A stretch of 34,692 nucleotides of DNA from Chloroflexota bacterium (GTDB taxonomy: Bacteria; Chloroflexota; Dormibacteria; Aeolococcales; Aeolococcaceae). Below the pieces are notes generated by a model. That model was not told the DNA's origin, did no database searches, and saw only the letters and a list, made by a program, of their open reading frames with translations. A program made the position numbers and the translations under genes. This document shows, one piece after another, positions 9,790 through 18,708 of this stretch. Each line of letters opens with the position of its first letter. The stretch's first letter is position 1. Location: assembly GCA_005879785.1 (NCBI GenBank), contig VBJV01000022.1, positions 65,749-100,440 of the forward strand. Reading direction: 5' to 3'.

Positions 9790-9823
9790 GCCCCGCGGCA
9801 GTGGAGTAGGATCGAGCACCGCA

Positions 9824-10930
9824 GTGGTCGACACTCGACGCGTTCTCATCACCGGTGTCTCGCGATTCTGGGGCGGGCAGCTGGTCCGCCGCCTCGAGGC
9901 GAGCCGGGAGATCGAGCGGATCGTGGCCGTCGACACGAAGGCGCCGACCATCAACCTGCAGCGCACCGATTTCGTACGCGCTGACATCCGGCACAGCCTG
10001 ATCGACAAGCTGCTGCGCGCTCTGGACATCGACACCGTGGTGCATGCCGGTCTCATCGTCGATCCCCGCCGGGCGACGGCGCGAGTGGTGCACGAGACCA
10101 ACGTCATCGGCACCATGAACCTCATCGCCGCGTGCAGCGGGGCCGACAGCCCGGTGCGCAAATTGGTCGTGAAGTCGAGTACAGCGATCTACGGGTGCGA
10201 GCCCGACGATCCGTCGTTCTGGTCGGAGGCGATGACACGCAAGGCTCCGGCGCGCGACTCGTTCACGCGTGACCTCGACGAGGTCGAGGCCTACGTGCAC
10301 GACTTCGCCGTGCGCAAGCCGGCGGCGGTCACCACCTGCCTGCGATTCGCCAACGTGCTCGGCGGGGCACACAGCACGCCCTTCTCCCGTTTCTTCGACC
10401 TGCCGGTGGTCCCGACGGTGCTGGGATTCGATCCTCGCCTGCAGTTCGTGCACGAGGAGGACGCGGTCTCGATCCTCGAGCAGGCGGTCACGCACGATCG
10501 ACCGGGCGTCTTCAATGTCGCGGGCAGCGGCATCGTGCTCCTGAGCCAGGTCGCAGCACTGCTCGGCAAGCGGAGCGCCCCGATACTGCCGTTCACCGGC
10601 AGCTCCATCGCGCTCCCCATTTTCAATCGCGCGACGGGCACCGGGTTTCCCCCGCACCTGGCGCGCCTCCTTCAGTTCGGACGGGTAGTCGACACGGCGC
10701 GACTGCAAAGCCAATTCGGCCAGCTGGAGTGGACGACGGTTGGCGCGGTGAAGGAGCATGCCCGCCAGCGCCGCCTGCCCGCCGAAGTCGAGGAGAAGCC
10801 GCACATGTACGAGAGCGAGCTCGAGGAATTCCTGCGCGCACGCCGCATCACGTCCAATGGGCACGGCGACGAAGCACCCCGTCGCCGATCGCCACGCCGT
10901 CCCAATCCGCGCAGCCGGGCCAGACGATGA
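9824..10930 (+). CDS. NAD-dependent epimerase/dehydratase family protein (Rv0501-like)
   Basis: VLITGVSRFWG, ETNVIGTMNL, KSSTAIYG, LGFDPRLQFVHEED; coupled to the downstream acyltransferase. Confidence 0.85.
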   Translation: MVDTRRVLITGVSRFWGGQLVRRLEASREIERIVAVDTKAPTINLQRTDFVRADIRHSLIDKLLRALDIDTVVHAGLIVDPRRATARVVHETNVIGTMNLIAACSGADSPVRKLVVKSSTAIYGCEPDDPSFWSEAMTRKAPARDSFTRDLDEVEAYVHDFAVRKPAAVTTCLRFANVLGGAHSTPFSRFFDLPVVPTVLGFDPRLQFVHEEDAVSILEQAVTHDRPGVFNVAGSGIVLLSQVAALLGKRSAPILPFTGSSIALPIFNRATGTGFPPHLARLLQFGRVVDTARLQSQFGQLEWTTVGAVKEHARQRRLPAEVEEKPHMYESELEEFLRARRITSNGHGDEAPRRRSPRRPNPRSRARR

Positions 10931-11943
10931 GCGTCGATCCGGCCGCGGCAAGCAACGGCGCGCATCCGGGCGGGCGGTCGCGCTCCCCGCGGCGGACGCT
11001 GAACCGCTTGCGCGCCGAGCTGCCGGTGACAGCGATGAGCGCCACGGGCACCGCAGCGGTGCGGCTCAGGCAGCTGACCGGCCGAGAGATCATCGATCTG
11101 GCCAGCCTTCAGGACGCGGTCGCGATGGGATATCACGTCGCCGAGGTGCGCCGCAAGCACCGCGGCGGCGACTACCAGGTGGACGAGTTCGGCTTCGATC
11201 GGACCTGGACCGAGGCCCTGATCCCGCTCTTTCGCATCCTGTACCGGCGCTACTGGCGCGTGGAGACGACGGGCATGGAAGTGGTGCCGAGCCATGGCCC
11301 CGCGCTGCTCGTCTCGAACCATTCGGGGGTGCTGCCTCTGGACGGCGCGATGATCGAGGTAGCGGTCTTCGATGAGACGGACCGCGTCCCGCGCGCCCTG
11401 GTCGCCTCGTGGTTCGGCGGGCTGCCGGTGCTTTCGTGGCTGCTGCGCCGCACCGGTCAGACGACAGGACACCCCGACGACTCGGTGCGTCTGCTGCGTG
11501 CGGGCGAGCTGGTGCTGGTCTTTCCGGAGGGTGTCCGGGGCACGGGCAAGCCATTCTCCGAGCGATACCGTCTGCGCCGTTTCGGCCGTGGCGGCTTCGC
11601 CGAGGTGGCGCTGCGCGCCGGCGCTCCGATCATCCCCATCTCGGTCGTGGGCGCGGAGGAGATCTATCCGATGATCGCCGACGTCCAGCCGCTCGCCAAG
11701 TTGATAGGAATGCCGTACTTCCCGGTGACGCCGACCTGGCCGCTGCTCGGCCCGCTGGGCCTCATCCCGCTGCCAAGCAAGTGGCGGATCCGTTTTCACC
11801 CGCCGGTGCGGACTGACCAGTACGGGCCGGACGCCGCTGACGACCCGTCGCTCGTCATGCGCATCAGCGACGAGGTCCGCGACACCATTCAGGCCGGGCT
11901 GGTCAACGAGCTGGCCAGACGCAAGGGCGTCTTTCGCGGATAA
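10927..11943 (+). CDS. Lysophospholipid/glycerol acyltransferase family protein (Rv0502-like)
   Basis: VDEFGFD, NHSGVLPLD (HxxxxxD), VFPEG, FGRGGF, GAEEIYP; ATGA overlap with the upstream stop. Confidence 0.88.
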   Translation: MSVDPAAASNGAHPGGRSRSPRRTLNRLRAELPVTAMSATGTAAVRLRQLTGREIIDLASLQDAVAMGYHVAEVRRKHRGGDYQVDEFGFDRTWTEALIPLFRILYRRYWRVETTGMEVVPSHGPALLVSNHSGVLPLDGAMIEVAVFDETDRVPRALVASWFGGLPVLSWLLRRTGQTTGHPDDSVRLLRAGELVLVFPEGVRGTGKPFSERYRLRRFGRGGFAEVALRAGAPIIPISVVGAEEIYPMIADVQPLAKLIGMPYFPVTPTWPLLGPLGLIPLPSKWRIRFHPPVRTDQYGPDAADDPSLVMRISDEVRDTIQAGLVNELARRKGVFRG

Positions 11944-11959
11944 GGGGGGGAGGCTGTGA

Positions 11960-12005
11960 GCACCATATGTGGTAGTGCCATTCGGCGCTGACCACAAGAT
12001 GGTGC
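11960..12005. promoter_or_regulatory. Tandem NrdR-box-like operators
   Basis: gCACcATATgTgGTag (11960-11975) and gacCAcaAgATgGTGc (11990-12005) resemble the consensus acaCwAtATaTwGtgt and are about 30 bp apart. Confidence 0.6.
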
Positions 12006-12049
12006 GCCTGCCGGGCTGTCTTACTCAGGCCGTTTGCTAAACTCCTCAG

Positions 12050-13210
12050 ATGGAGCTCGAACTCGGCAGAGGCAAGCGGGCACGCCGGGCGTACGGGTTC
12101 GACGAGGTGGCGCTGGTCCCTGGTCGCATCACCATCAACCCCGACGAGATCGACATCTCAACGTCGATCGACGGCACGGGTCTGACGATCCCCTTCCTGG
12201 CCGCCGCGATGGACGGCGTCGTCGACACTGCGTTCGCTGCCGAGATGGGCAGGCTCGGCGGTCTGGCCGTCCTGAACCTCGACGGGGTGCAGACGCGCTA
12301 CGAGGATCCCTCCGGCGTGCTGCGTGAGATCGCCGATTCGCCACCCGACCAGGTCAACACGGTGTTGCAGCGCATCTACACCGCCCCGGTTCAGGACGGC
12401 CTCATCGGTCAGCGCATAGAAGAGGTGAAACGCTCCGGCGCGCCATGTGCGGTGTCGACCGTGCCCGGTATGGCGGAGCGGCGGGCGCCGATCGCCCAGG
12501 AGGCAGGCGCCGACGTTTTCGTGGTGCAGGGCACGGTGCTGACCGCTCGGCATCGCAGCAAGTCCTACCGCCACCTGTCGTTTCGAGAGCTCACGGAGTC
12601 GCTCGACATCCCGGTGATCGCGGGCAACTGCGTCGACTATGCGACCGCTCTGGAGCTGATGGACACCGGCATCAAGGGACTGCTCGTCGGAGTCGGACCG
12701 GGCGCCGCGTGCACGACGCGCGCGGTCCTTGGCGTCGGCGTGCCACAGGTCACCGCCACGAGTGATTGCGCCGCAGCGCGCGACGACCATCTGCGCCGCA
12801 GCGGTGACCGCGTGGCGATCATCACCGACGGGGGCATGCGTCTCGGCGGCGACATCGCCAAGGCTTTCGCCAGTGGCGCCGACGCGGTGATGATCGGCTC
12901 CATTTTCGCCGCGGCGCAGGAAGCCGCGGGACACGGCAACCACTGGGGCATGGCCACGCCGGATCCGAACCTGCCGCGCGGCACCCGGATCCGCACCGGA
13001 ACCAAGGGCACGCTGGCCGAGATCCTCTTCGGCCCGGCGCACGTCGATGACGGAAGCATGAACCTCGTCGGTGCGCTGAAGAGCGCCATGGGCGTCTGCG
13101 GCGCGCGCACCGTGCGCGAGTTCCAGGAGACCGAGATGGTGATCGCCCCGTCGATCAAGACCGAGGGCAAGATGCAGCAGCGCGAGCAGCGCGTGGGGAT
13201 GGGCGTGTGA
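12050..13210 (+). CDS. guaB3: GuaB3-family IMP dehydrogenase-related protein (no CBS domains)
   Basis: [49 protein letters not shown] with catalytic Cys, HWGMAT...LPRGTR; directly upstream of guaA. Confidence 0.9.
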   Translation: MELELGRGKRARRAYGFDEVALVPGRITINPDEIDISTSIDGTGLTIPFLAAAMDGVVDTAFAAEMGRLGGLAVLNLDGVQTRYEDPSGVLREIADSPPDQVNTVLQRIYTAPVQDGLIGQRIEEVKRSGAPCAVSTVPGMAERRAPIAQEAGADVFVVQGTVLTARHRSKSYRHLSFRELTESLDIPVIAGNCVDYATALELMDTGIKGLLVGVGPGAACTTRAVLGVGVPQVTATSDCAAARDDHLRRSGDRVAIITDGGMRLGGDIAKAFASGADAVMIGSIFAAAQEAAGHGNHWGMATPDPNLPRGTRIRTGTKGTLAEILFGPAHVDDGSMNLVGALKSAMGVCGARTVREFQETEMVIAPSIKTEGKMQQREQRVGMGV

Positions 13211-14793
13211 CGGTTGCGACCGAGTTGGGCAGTGCGACGAACACGCCTGCCCGGGTCGCACAGGACACGGTGTTCGTCCTCGACTTCGGCTCGCAGTACA
13301 GCCAGTTGATCGCGCGCCGCGTGCGCGAGGCGAAGGTGTACTGCGAGCTCGTGCCCGGCTCGATTCCCGCCGCCGAGATCGCCGCGCGCGCGCCGCGCGG
13401 TTTGATCTTCAGCGGCGGCCCCGCATCGGTGTACGAGCCGGGAGCGCCCCACCCGGACCCCGATGTGTACAACCTCGACCTGCCCATCCTGGGTATCTGC
13501 TACGGGATGCAGTTGCTCGCCGGCGACCTCGGCGGTGCCGTCGAGCCGGCGCAGCGACGGGAGTACGGGCACGCGTCCCTGACCGTGGACGACGAGGCGG
13601 GCATCTTCGACCGGCTGCCACACGAACTGTCGGTGTGGATGTCGCACGGCGATGTGATCACTCGGCCGCCACCGGGCTTTCGCCCCATCGCACACTCGCT
13701 CAACTCACCGTGCGCGGCCATCGCCGGCCCGCGAGGTCGCTTCGGCATCCAGTTCCATCCCGAGGTCGCACACACTCCGCTCGGTCGTGACGTGCTGCGC
13801 AATTTCCTGCTCAATGTCTGCGGCTGTGCCGGCACCTGGGAGCCGGCATCCTTCATCGAGAGCGCGGTCGCGGACGTGCGCCGGCGCGTCGGCGACGCGC
13901 GGGTGCTGTGCGCACTGAGCGGAGGAGTCGATTCGGCGGTGGCGGCGACTCTCGTGCACCGCGCTGTCGGCGACCAGCTCGCGTGCGTGTTCGTCGACAA
14001 CGGCCTGCTGCGCCGTGGCGAGGGCGACCGCGTGGTCGAGATCATGTCCCGGCAACGCCACATCCGGCTCGTCCACGTCGATGCCGCGGAGCAGTTCCTC
14101 GACGCGCTGCAGGGTGTCACGGATCCCGAGGAGAAGCGCCGGCGGATCGGGCGCACCTTCATCCGGGTCTTCGAGGAGCAGGCGCGAGCGCTGGGGCAGG
14201 TGCCCTTTCTGGCGCAGGGAACGCTGTACCCCGACGTCATCGAGTCCACGTCGTATGACACCCAGCACGCCCAGAAGATCAAGACGCACCACAACGTCGG
14301 CGGACTGCCCGAGAACCTGCGCTTCGAGCTCGTGGAACCGCTGCGCTACCTGTTCAAGGACGAGGCGCGCGAGGTCGGCATCGCGCTGGGACTGCCCGAA
14401 GACCTGGTGTGGCGCCAGCCGTTCCCCGGTCCGGGATTGGCCATTCGCATCGTCGGCGACGTGACCCGCGAACGGCTCGAGACGCTGCGCGCCGCCGACT
14501 GGGTGGTTATCGACGAGATCAAACGCAGCGGTCTGTACCGCAAGGTCTGGCAGTCCTTCGCGATCCTGACGCCGATCTCTTCAGTGGGTGTCATGGGTGA
14601 TTACCGCACGTACGCCAACGTCGTCGCGGTGCGCATCGTCGAGAGCGACGATGGCATGACCGCCGATTGGGCGAAGGTGCCGTACGACGTCCTCGGCACC
14701 ATCAGCCGGCGCATCGTCAACGAGGTTCCCGGAGTGAACCGCGTGGTCTACGACATCTCGTCGAAGCCGCCATCGACGATCGAGTGGGAATGA
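13207..14793 (+). CDS. guaA: GMP synthase (glutamine-hydrolysing)
   Basis: [67 protein letters not shown]. Confidence 0.97.
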   Translation: MTVATELGSATNTPARVAQDTVFVLDFGSQYSQLIARRVREAKVYCELVPGSIPAAEIAARAPRGLIFSGGPASVYEPGAPHPDPDVYNLDLPILGICYGMQLLAGDLGGAVEPAQRREYGHASLTVDDEAGIFDRLPHELSVWMSHGDVITRPPPGFRPIAHSLNSPCAAIAGPRGRFGIQFHPEVAHTPLGRDVLRNFLLNVCGCAGTWEPASFIESAVADVRRRVGDARVLCALSGGVDSAVAATLVHRAVGDQLACVFVDNGLLRRGEGDRVVEIMSRQRHIRLVHVDAAEQFLDALQGVTDPEEKRRRIGRTFIRVFEEQARALGQVPFLAQGTLYPDVIESTSYDTQHAQKIKTHHNVGGLPENLRFELVEPLRYLFKDEAREVGIALGLPEDLVWRQPFPGPGLAIRIVGDVTRERLETLRAADWVVIDEIKRSGLYRKVWQSFAILTPISSVGVMGDYRTYANVVAVRIVESDDGMTADWAKVPYDVLGTISRRIVNEVPGVNRVVYDISSKPPSTIEWE

Positions 14794-14814
14794 GCGCTCA
14801 GACAAATCTGGTGA

Positions 14815-15009
14815 GGATGGGGAGGACGGCGCGGCGAGGGACCACGCGGTCGGAGCCCCGCTGGCGCACCTCACCCCACGAAGTCCGCACCCGACCACCG
14901 CGACTTCGTGGGGACCCCGAATCCGCCGCTGACTCTCGGCTCGACCTCCGCTCCGAGCCGTGCCGTCTCGCCTCCGAGACGATCCCTCGCTGCACCGTCC
15001 TCCCCATCC
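14815..15009. repeat. 195-nt cruciform element with 27-bp terminal inverted repeats (REP/MITE-like or structured RNA)
   Basis: Arms 14815-14841 and 14983-15009 match at 25/27. Internal perfect stems: 14874-85/14902-13 (12 bp), 14937-43/14954-60 and 14964-70/14975-81. Confidence 0.75.
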
Positions 15010-15096
15010 CCTAGACGTGCTGGTGGTCACTCATTTCCCTGAGTTCTCTTCGGAGCTTTCTAGTCGCACGACCACGCTCCCGATACCCTTGGCGGC

Positions 15097-16354
15097 GTGA
15101 TGCGCCTTCTCATCGTCGGCGGCGGAGGGCGGGAGCACGCGCTCGCCTGGGCATGCCGGCGCGAGCGCACCGACATCGAGGTCATCTGCGCGCCTGGCAA
15201 CGGGGGAACGGCAGTCATCGCGGAGAACGTCACGATCGACGTCACCGACGCGCGCACCATCGCGCGAATCGCGGCCGAGCGTGAGGTCGACCTCGTCGTC
15301 GTCGGGCCCGATGCCGCGGTCGCGGCGGGTGTCGCGGATGCGTGCGCCGCGCGGAACATCCCGGCCTTCGGGCCGACCGCCGCCGCCGGCCGCATCGAAT
15401 CCTCGAAATCGTTCGGCAAAGTCCTGATGGACGAGGCCGGCATACCGACCGCACGCTGGTTGAGCGGCACCGCCGATCAGCGCGACGCGCTGCTCGCCTT
15501 CGCCGAGGATCTCGGCGGCGCATGCGCTGTGAAGGCAGACGGCCTGGCTCTCGGCAAGGGCGTGGTCATGTGCGAAACGCTCGACGACGTGCACGGGGCG
15601 CTGCGCGCCTGCTTCGACACCGCGCGTTTCGGCGCTGCGGGCAGCCGCGTGGTCGTCGAGGAACAGCTCACGGGTACGGAGGCATCGGTGCTGGCACTGA
15701 GCGACGGTCACCGGCTGCGCCTGCTGACGCCCGCCCGCGACTACAAGCGCGCGCTCGACGGAGACGGGCGCATGCGCGCCGCCGCCCGACATCGACGCAC
15801 ACGGTCTGACCGACCAGGCAGCGCGCAAGGTGCTGCAGCCGTGCGTCGACGCGCTGCGCGCCCGCGGCACGCCCTTCGTCGGGTGCCTGTACGCAGGACT
15901 CATGCTCACCGGCGATGGCATCCGTGTGCTGGAGTTCAACGCCCGGTTCGGTGACCCGGAGGCGCAGGTGGTGCTGCCGCTGCTCGACGAACCGCTGGCG
16001 GAGGTGCTCCGCGACTGCGCGCGCGGCGAGGTCGCGCCGGGAGTGGCCGTCACGTCCGGCGCCGCCGTCGGCGTGGTGGCCGCTGCGGCTGGATATCCTG
16101 GCGAGGTGCGCATCGGCGACCGCATCGAGGGCCTGGACACGATCGACGCGCGCGCTCTCTGCTTTCATGCCGGCACGCGTCGCGCACCCGACGGGACGGT
16201 GCGCACATCCGGTGGCCGCGTGCTCTGCGTCGTGGCGCGCGCTCCGCAGCTCGAAGAGGCGCGCTCGGCCGCGTACGAGAACGTCGCGCGCATCACCTTC
16301 GCCGGCATGCAGCGGCGCGGCGACATCGCGCAGCGGGTCGGAGTCACTGCGTGA
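15097..16354 (+). pseudogene. purD: Phosphoribosylamine-glycine ligase, frameshifted at about 15766 (may be an assembly error)
   Basis: GGGGREHALAW, APGNGG, IESSK, VKADGLALGKGV, DYKRALDGD in one frame; GACAP...GCLYAGLM, LEFNARFGDPE, FHAGT, TSGGRV in the next frame. The GPNTGGM motif is absent at the junction. Confidence 0.9.
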
Positions 16355-16860
16355 GCGCAGCGCTTCTCGTGGGCATCGTGGTCGGCAGCGAGTCTGACCT
16401 GCCCGCGATGCGACGCTGTGGCGAGGTGCTCGACGAGTACGGCATCGGCTGGGAGATGGGTGTGATGTCGGCGCATCGCGCGCCCGACGTCGTGAGTGGG
16501 TATGCACGTGCGGCGCGGTCGCGCGGCCTGCGCGTGCTCGTGGCCGGCGCCGGCGCGGCCGCGCACCTGCCCGGGGTCCTGGCCTCCATGACGACACTGC
16601 CGGTGATCGGGGTGCCCCTGGCCGCAACCCCGCTGGCCGGCCTCGACGCGCTGCTCAGCATCGTGCAGATGCCGCCCGGCACACCGGTGGCCACCGTGGC
16701 GGTGGGCGAGATGGGGGCGCGCAACGCCGGCCATCTGGCGGCCCAGATCGTGGCCCTCGACGACGCCGACGTGGAAGGGGCGCTCGGCCGGGTTCGCGCG
16801 CGCATGCGTGAAAGCGTCCAGTTGCCCGAGGGATTCGACCCCTCCGGAGCCGGCGACTAG
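16351..16860 (+). CDS. purE: N5-carboxyaminoimidazole ribonucleotide mutase (class I PurE)
   Basis: GSESD, SAHR, AGAGAAAHLPG, PVIGVP, LLSIVQMPPGTPVATV. Confidence 0.96.
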   Translation: MSAALLVGIVVGSESDLPAMRRCGEVLDEYGIGWEMGVMSAHRAPDVVSGYARAARSRGLRVLVAGAGAAAHLPGVLASMTTLPVIGVPLAATPLAGLDALLSIVQMPPGTPVATVAVGEMGARNAGHLAAQIVALDDADVEGALGRVRARMRESVQLPEGFDPSGAGD

Positions 16861-16904
16861 CGCAGATGCACGAAACCTCGGCTCCGCGACACTAGACTCG
16901 CGCG

Positions 16905-18698
16905 ATGCCTCGCCTCGAACTGGTGGAGACGTCGCTCCGCCTCGGGCAGCAGTCGCTCCTGATCAGCCGTCTGCGCCAGCGGCACGCTGTGCCGGTCGCC
17001 GAGCGCCTCGACCGCTGCGGATTCGCCGCGCTCGACGTCTTCGGCGGCTCGACGTTCGAGGCCTCCCTGCGCTTTCTGGCTGAGGACCCCTTCGAGCGGC
17101 TGCGCGCGATCCGCGCCGCGGCTCCGATCACGCCGCTGCTCGCCATGATCGGCGGGCAGGCGCTCGTCGGTCACCGCCACGTCTCCGACGACACCGTCGA
17201 CGCCTTCATCGCCGCCGCAGCCGAAGCGGGCGTGGACATCTTCCGCTGTTACGACCCCCTCAACGACACCCGCAACCTGGAGCGCTGCGCAGAGGCGGTG
17301 GCGCGCGCCGGCAAACAGGCCGAAGGAGTCATCGTCTACAACGACGCCGCGGACGGTGACATCCTGGTCGCCGCCGCGCGGCGGCTGGTCGAGATCGGAT
17401 TTCCGACGCTGTGCGTGCACGACCCCCTCGGTGTCCTGGTGGCCAGCCGCGCCGCCGAGACCGTGAGTGCAGTGCGTGCGGCTGCCGGCGTGCCGGTGGC
17501 GATATCGATCGCTGCGCAGACCGGACAGGCGACGCTGGCGGCGTACAGCGCGGCTCTGGCCGGGGCTCACCGCATCGACGTGGCGCTGTCGCCGCTGGCG
17601 GGTGGCGCGTCGGTACCCGCAGCCGAAGCGGTCATCGCCGGCTTCGCAGGAAGCCCGGTCGACCCGGGCCTCGATATCGAGCCCATCGCAGCAGCCGCGC
17701 TGGAGCTGGAGCAGGCGCTCGTGCACTACGCGGACGTGCTCGACCCACTGGCGCTGCGGCTCGACACCTCGGCGCTGCGTGGTCTGCTGCCGCCCTCCGC
17801 GATGGGGCACGCCCTGGCCGAGCTGCGCGCCCGCGACGCGCTTGCGAAGCTGGGCGAGGTCGAGGCTGAGGTGGTACGCGTCCGGGCCGAGCTTGGCTCG
17901 CCGCCTATGGTCACCCCGCTCACCGAGATCATCGCCACCCAGGCTGTCTACAACGTCTGCAACGGCGATCGCTACGCGACGGTGAGCCAGGAGGTGAAGG
18001 ATTACTGCCTCGGCCTGTACGGCGAGCCGCCGAAGCCGGTCGATCCTGAGATCCGGCGGCTGGTCAACGGCCGCGAGGAGCCGATCACCTGCAGGCCCGC
18101 CGATCTCCTGGAGCGATCCATCGCCGCGACGCGGCGCGAGCTCAAACGTGAGGGCCTGGCCGATGCGGCCGCGGCTGCCGTGGTCACGTACGCGCTGTTC
18201 CCAGCCGAATACCTCGCGCTCGTGCGCGGCGAGAGCGCCGCGGAGCAGCTCGGCGATGAGGCCGTTCCCCAGGGTGAAGCGCCCGTGGGCGTTCCCGAGA
18301 CCGCGATCGTCGACGAGCCTGCGGTGGCGCCAACTGTTGACGGCGCCGAGCCGGCCGTGGCCGCGCGCGAGCTCACCGTTGAGGTCGACGGCCAGTCGTA
18401 CGCGGTGCGGGTCATCGGGCTGCCCGAGGCGAGCGGTGCGAGCGGGGTGGCCGCCGCCATGCCCGCCGGGCCGCCCCCGGTGCGCGAAGGTACGGTGGTC
18501 GCTCCGATGCAGGGCTTGCTGCTCAAGGTTTCTGTCAAAGTTGGCGACAAGGTGAACCTGGGGGACGTGGTGGCGGTCCTCGAGGCGATGAAGATGCAGA
18601 ACGACATCACCGCTACCCGTTCGGGAACGGTCACCGAGGTATACGTGAAGGCCGGCGACGTGGTCAGCCCCCGCGATCCGCTTGTGCACGTCGGATAG
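16905..18698 (+). CDS. Pyruvate carboxylase subunit B / oxaloacetate decarboxylase alpha-like protein with a degenerate carboxyltransferase active site and an intact biotinyl domain
   Basis: GGSTFEASLRFLAEDP, DPLNDTRNL, PMVTP, TCRPADLL and the C-terminal APMQG...LEAMKMQN biotin site. The catalytic RD, KD and HxH motifs are substituted. Confidence 0.88.
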   Translation: MPRLELVETSLRLGQQSLLISRLRQRHAVPVAERLDRCGFAALDVFGGSTFEASLRFLAEDPFERLRAIRAAAPITPLLAMIGGQALVGHRHVSDDTVDAFIAAAAEAGVDIFRCYDPLNDTRNLERCAEAVARAGKQAEGVIVYNDAADGDILVAAARRLVEIGFPTLCVHDPLGVLVASRAAETVSAVRAAAGVPVAISIAAQTGQATLAAYSAALAGAHRIDVALSPLAGGASVPAAEAVIAGFAGSPVDPGLDIEPIAAAALELEQALVHYADVLDPLALRLDTSALRGLLPPSAMGHALAELRARDALAKLGEVEAEVVRVRAELGSPPMVTPLTEIIATQAVYNVCNGDRYATVSQEVKDYCLGLYGEPPKPVDPEIRRLVNGREEPITCRPADLLERSIAATRRELKREGLADAAAAAVVTYALFPAEYLALVRGESAAEQLGDEAVPQGEAPVGVPETAIVDEPAVAPTVDGAEPAVAARELTVEVDGQSYAVRVIGLPEASGASGVAAAMPAGPPPVREGTVVAPMQGLLLKVSVKVGDKVNLGDVVAVLEAMKMQNDITATRSGTVTEVYVKAGDVVSPRDPLVHVG

Positions 18699-18708
18699 CA
18701 CGGCCGCG

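Noticed and set aside
8617-10161. 514-aa ORF antisense to glutamate dehydrogenase
   Set aside because: Long antisense ORFs are expected from high-GC codon bias and are common opposite GDH genes; no motifs or start signals.
11944-11950. G7 tract after the acyltransferase stop as a phase-variation site
   Set aside because: Short, intergenic and unremarkable at this GC content.
14794-15096. Canonical purine, ZTP or PRPP riboswitch ahead of purD
   Set aside because: Only a TTTCTA resembling purine riboswitch J2/3 is present; the required stems and kissing loops were not found by eye.
15760-15775. Programmed ribosomal frameshifting to explain the purD, purL and epimerase breaks
   Set aside because: No slippery sequence at the junctions, and conserved residues are physically missing, so recoding could not restore function.
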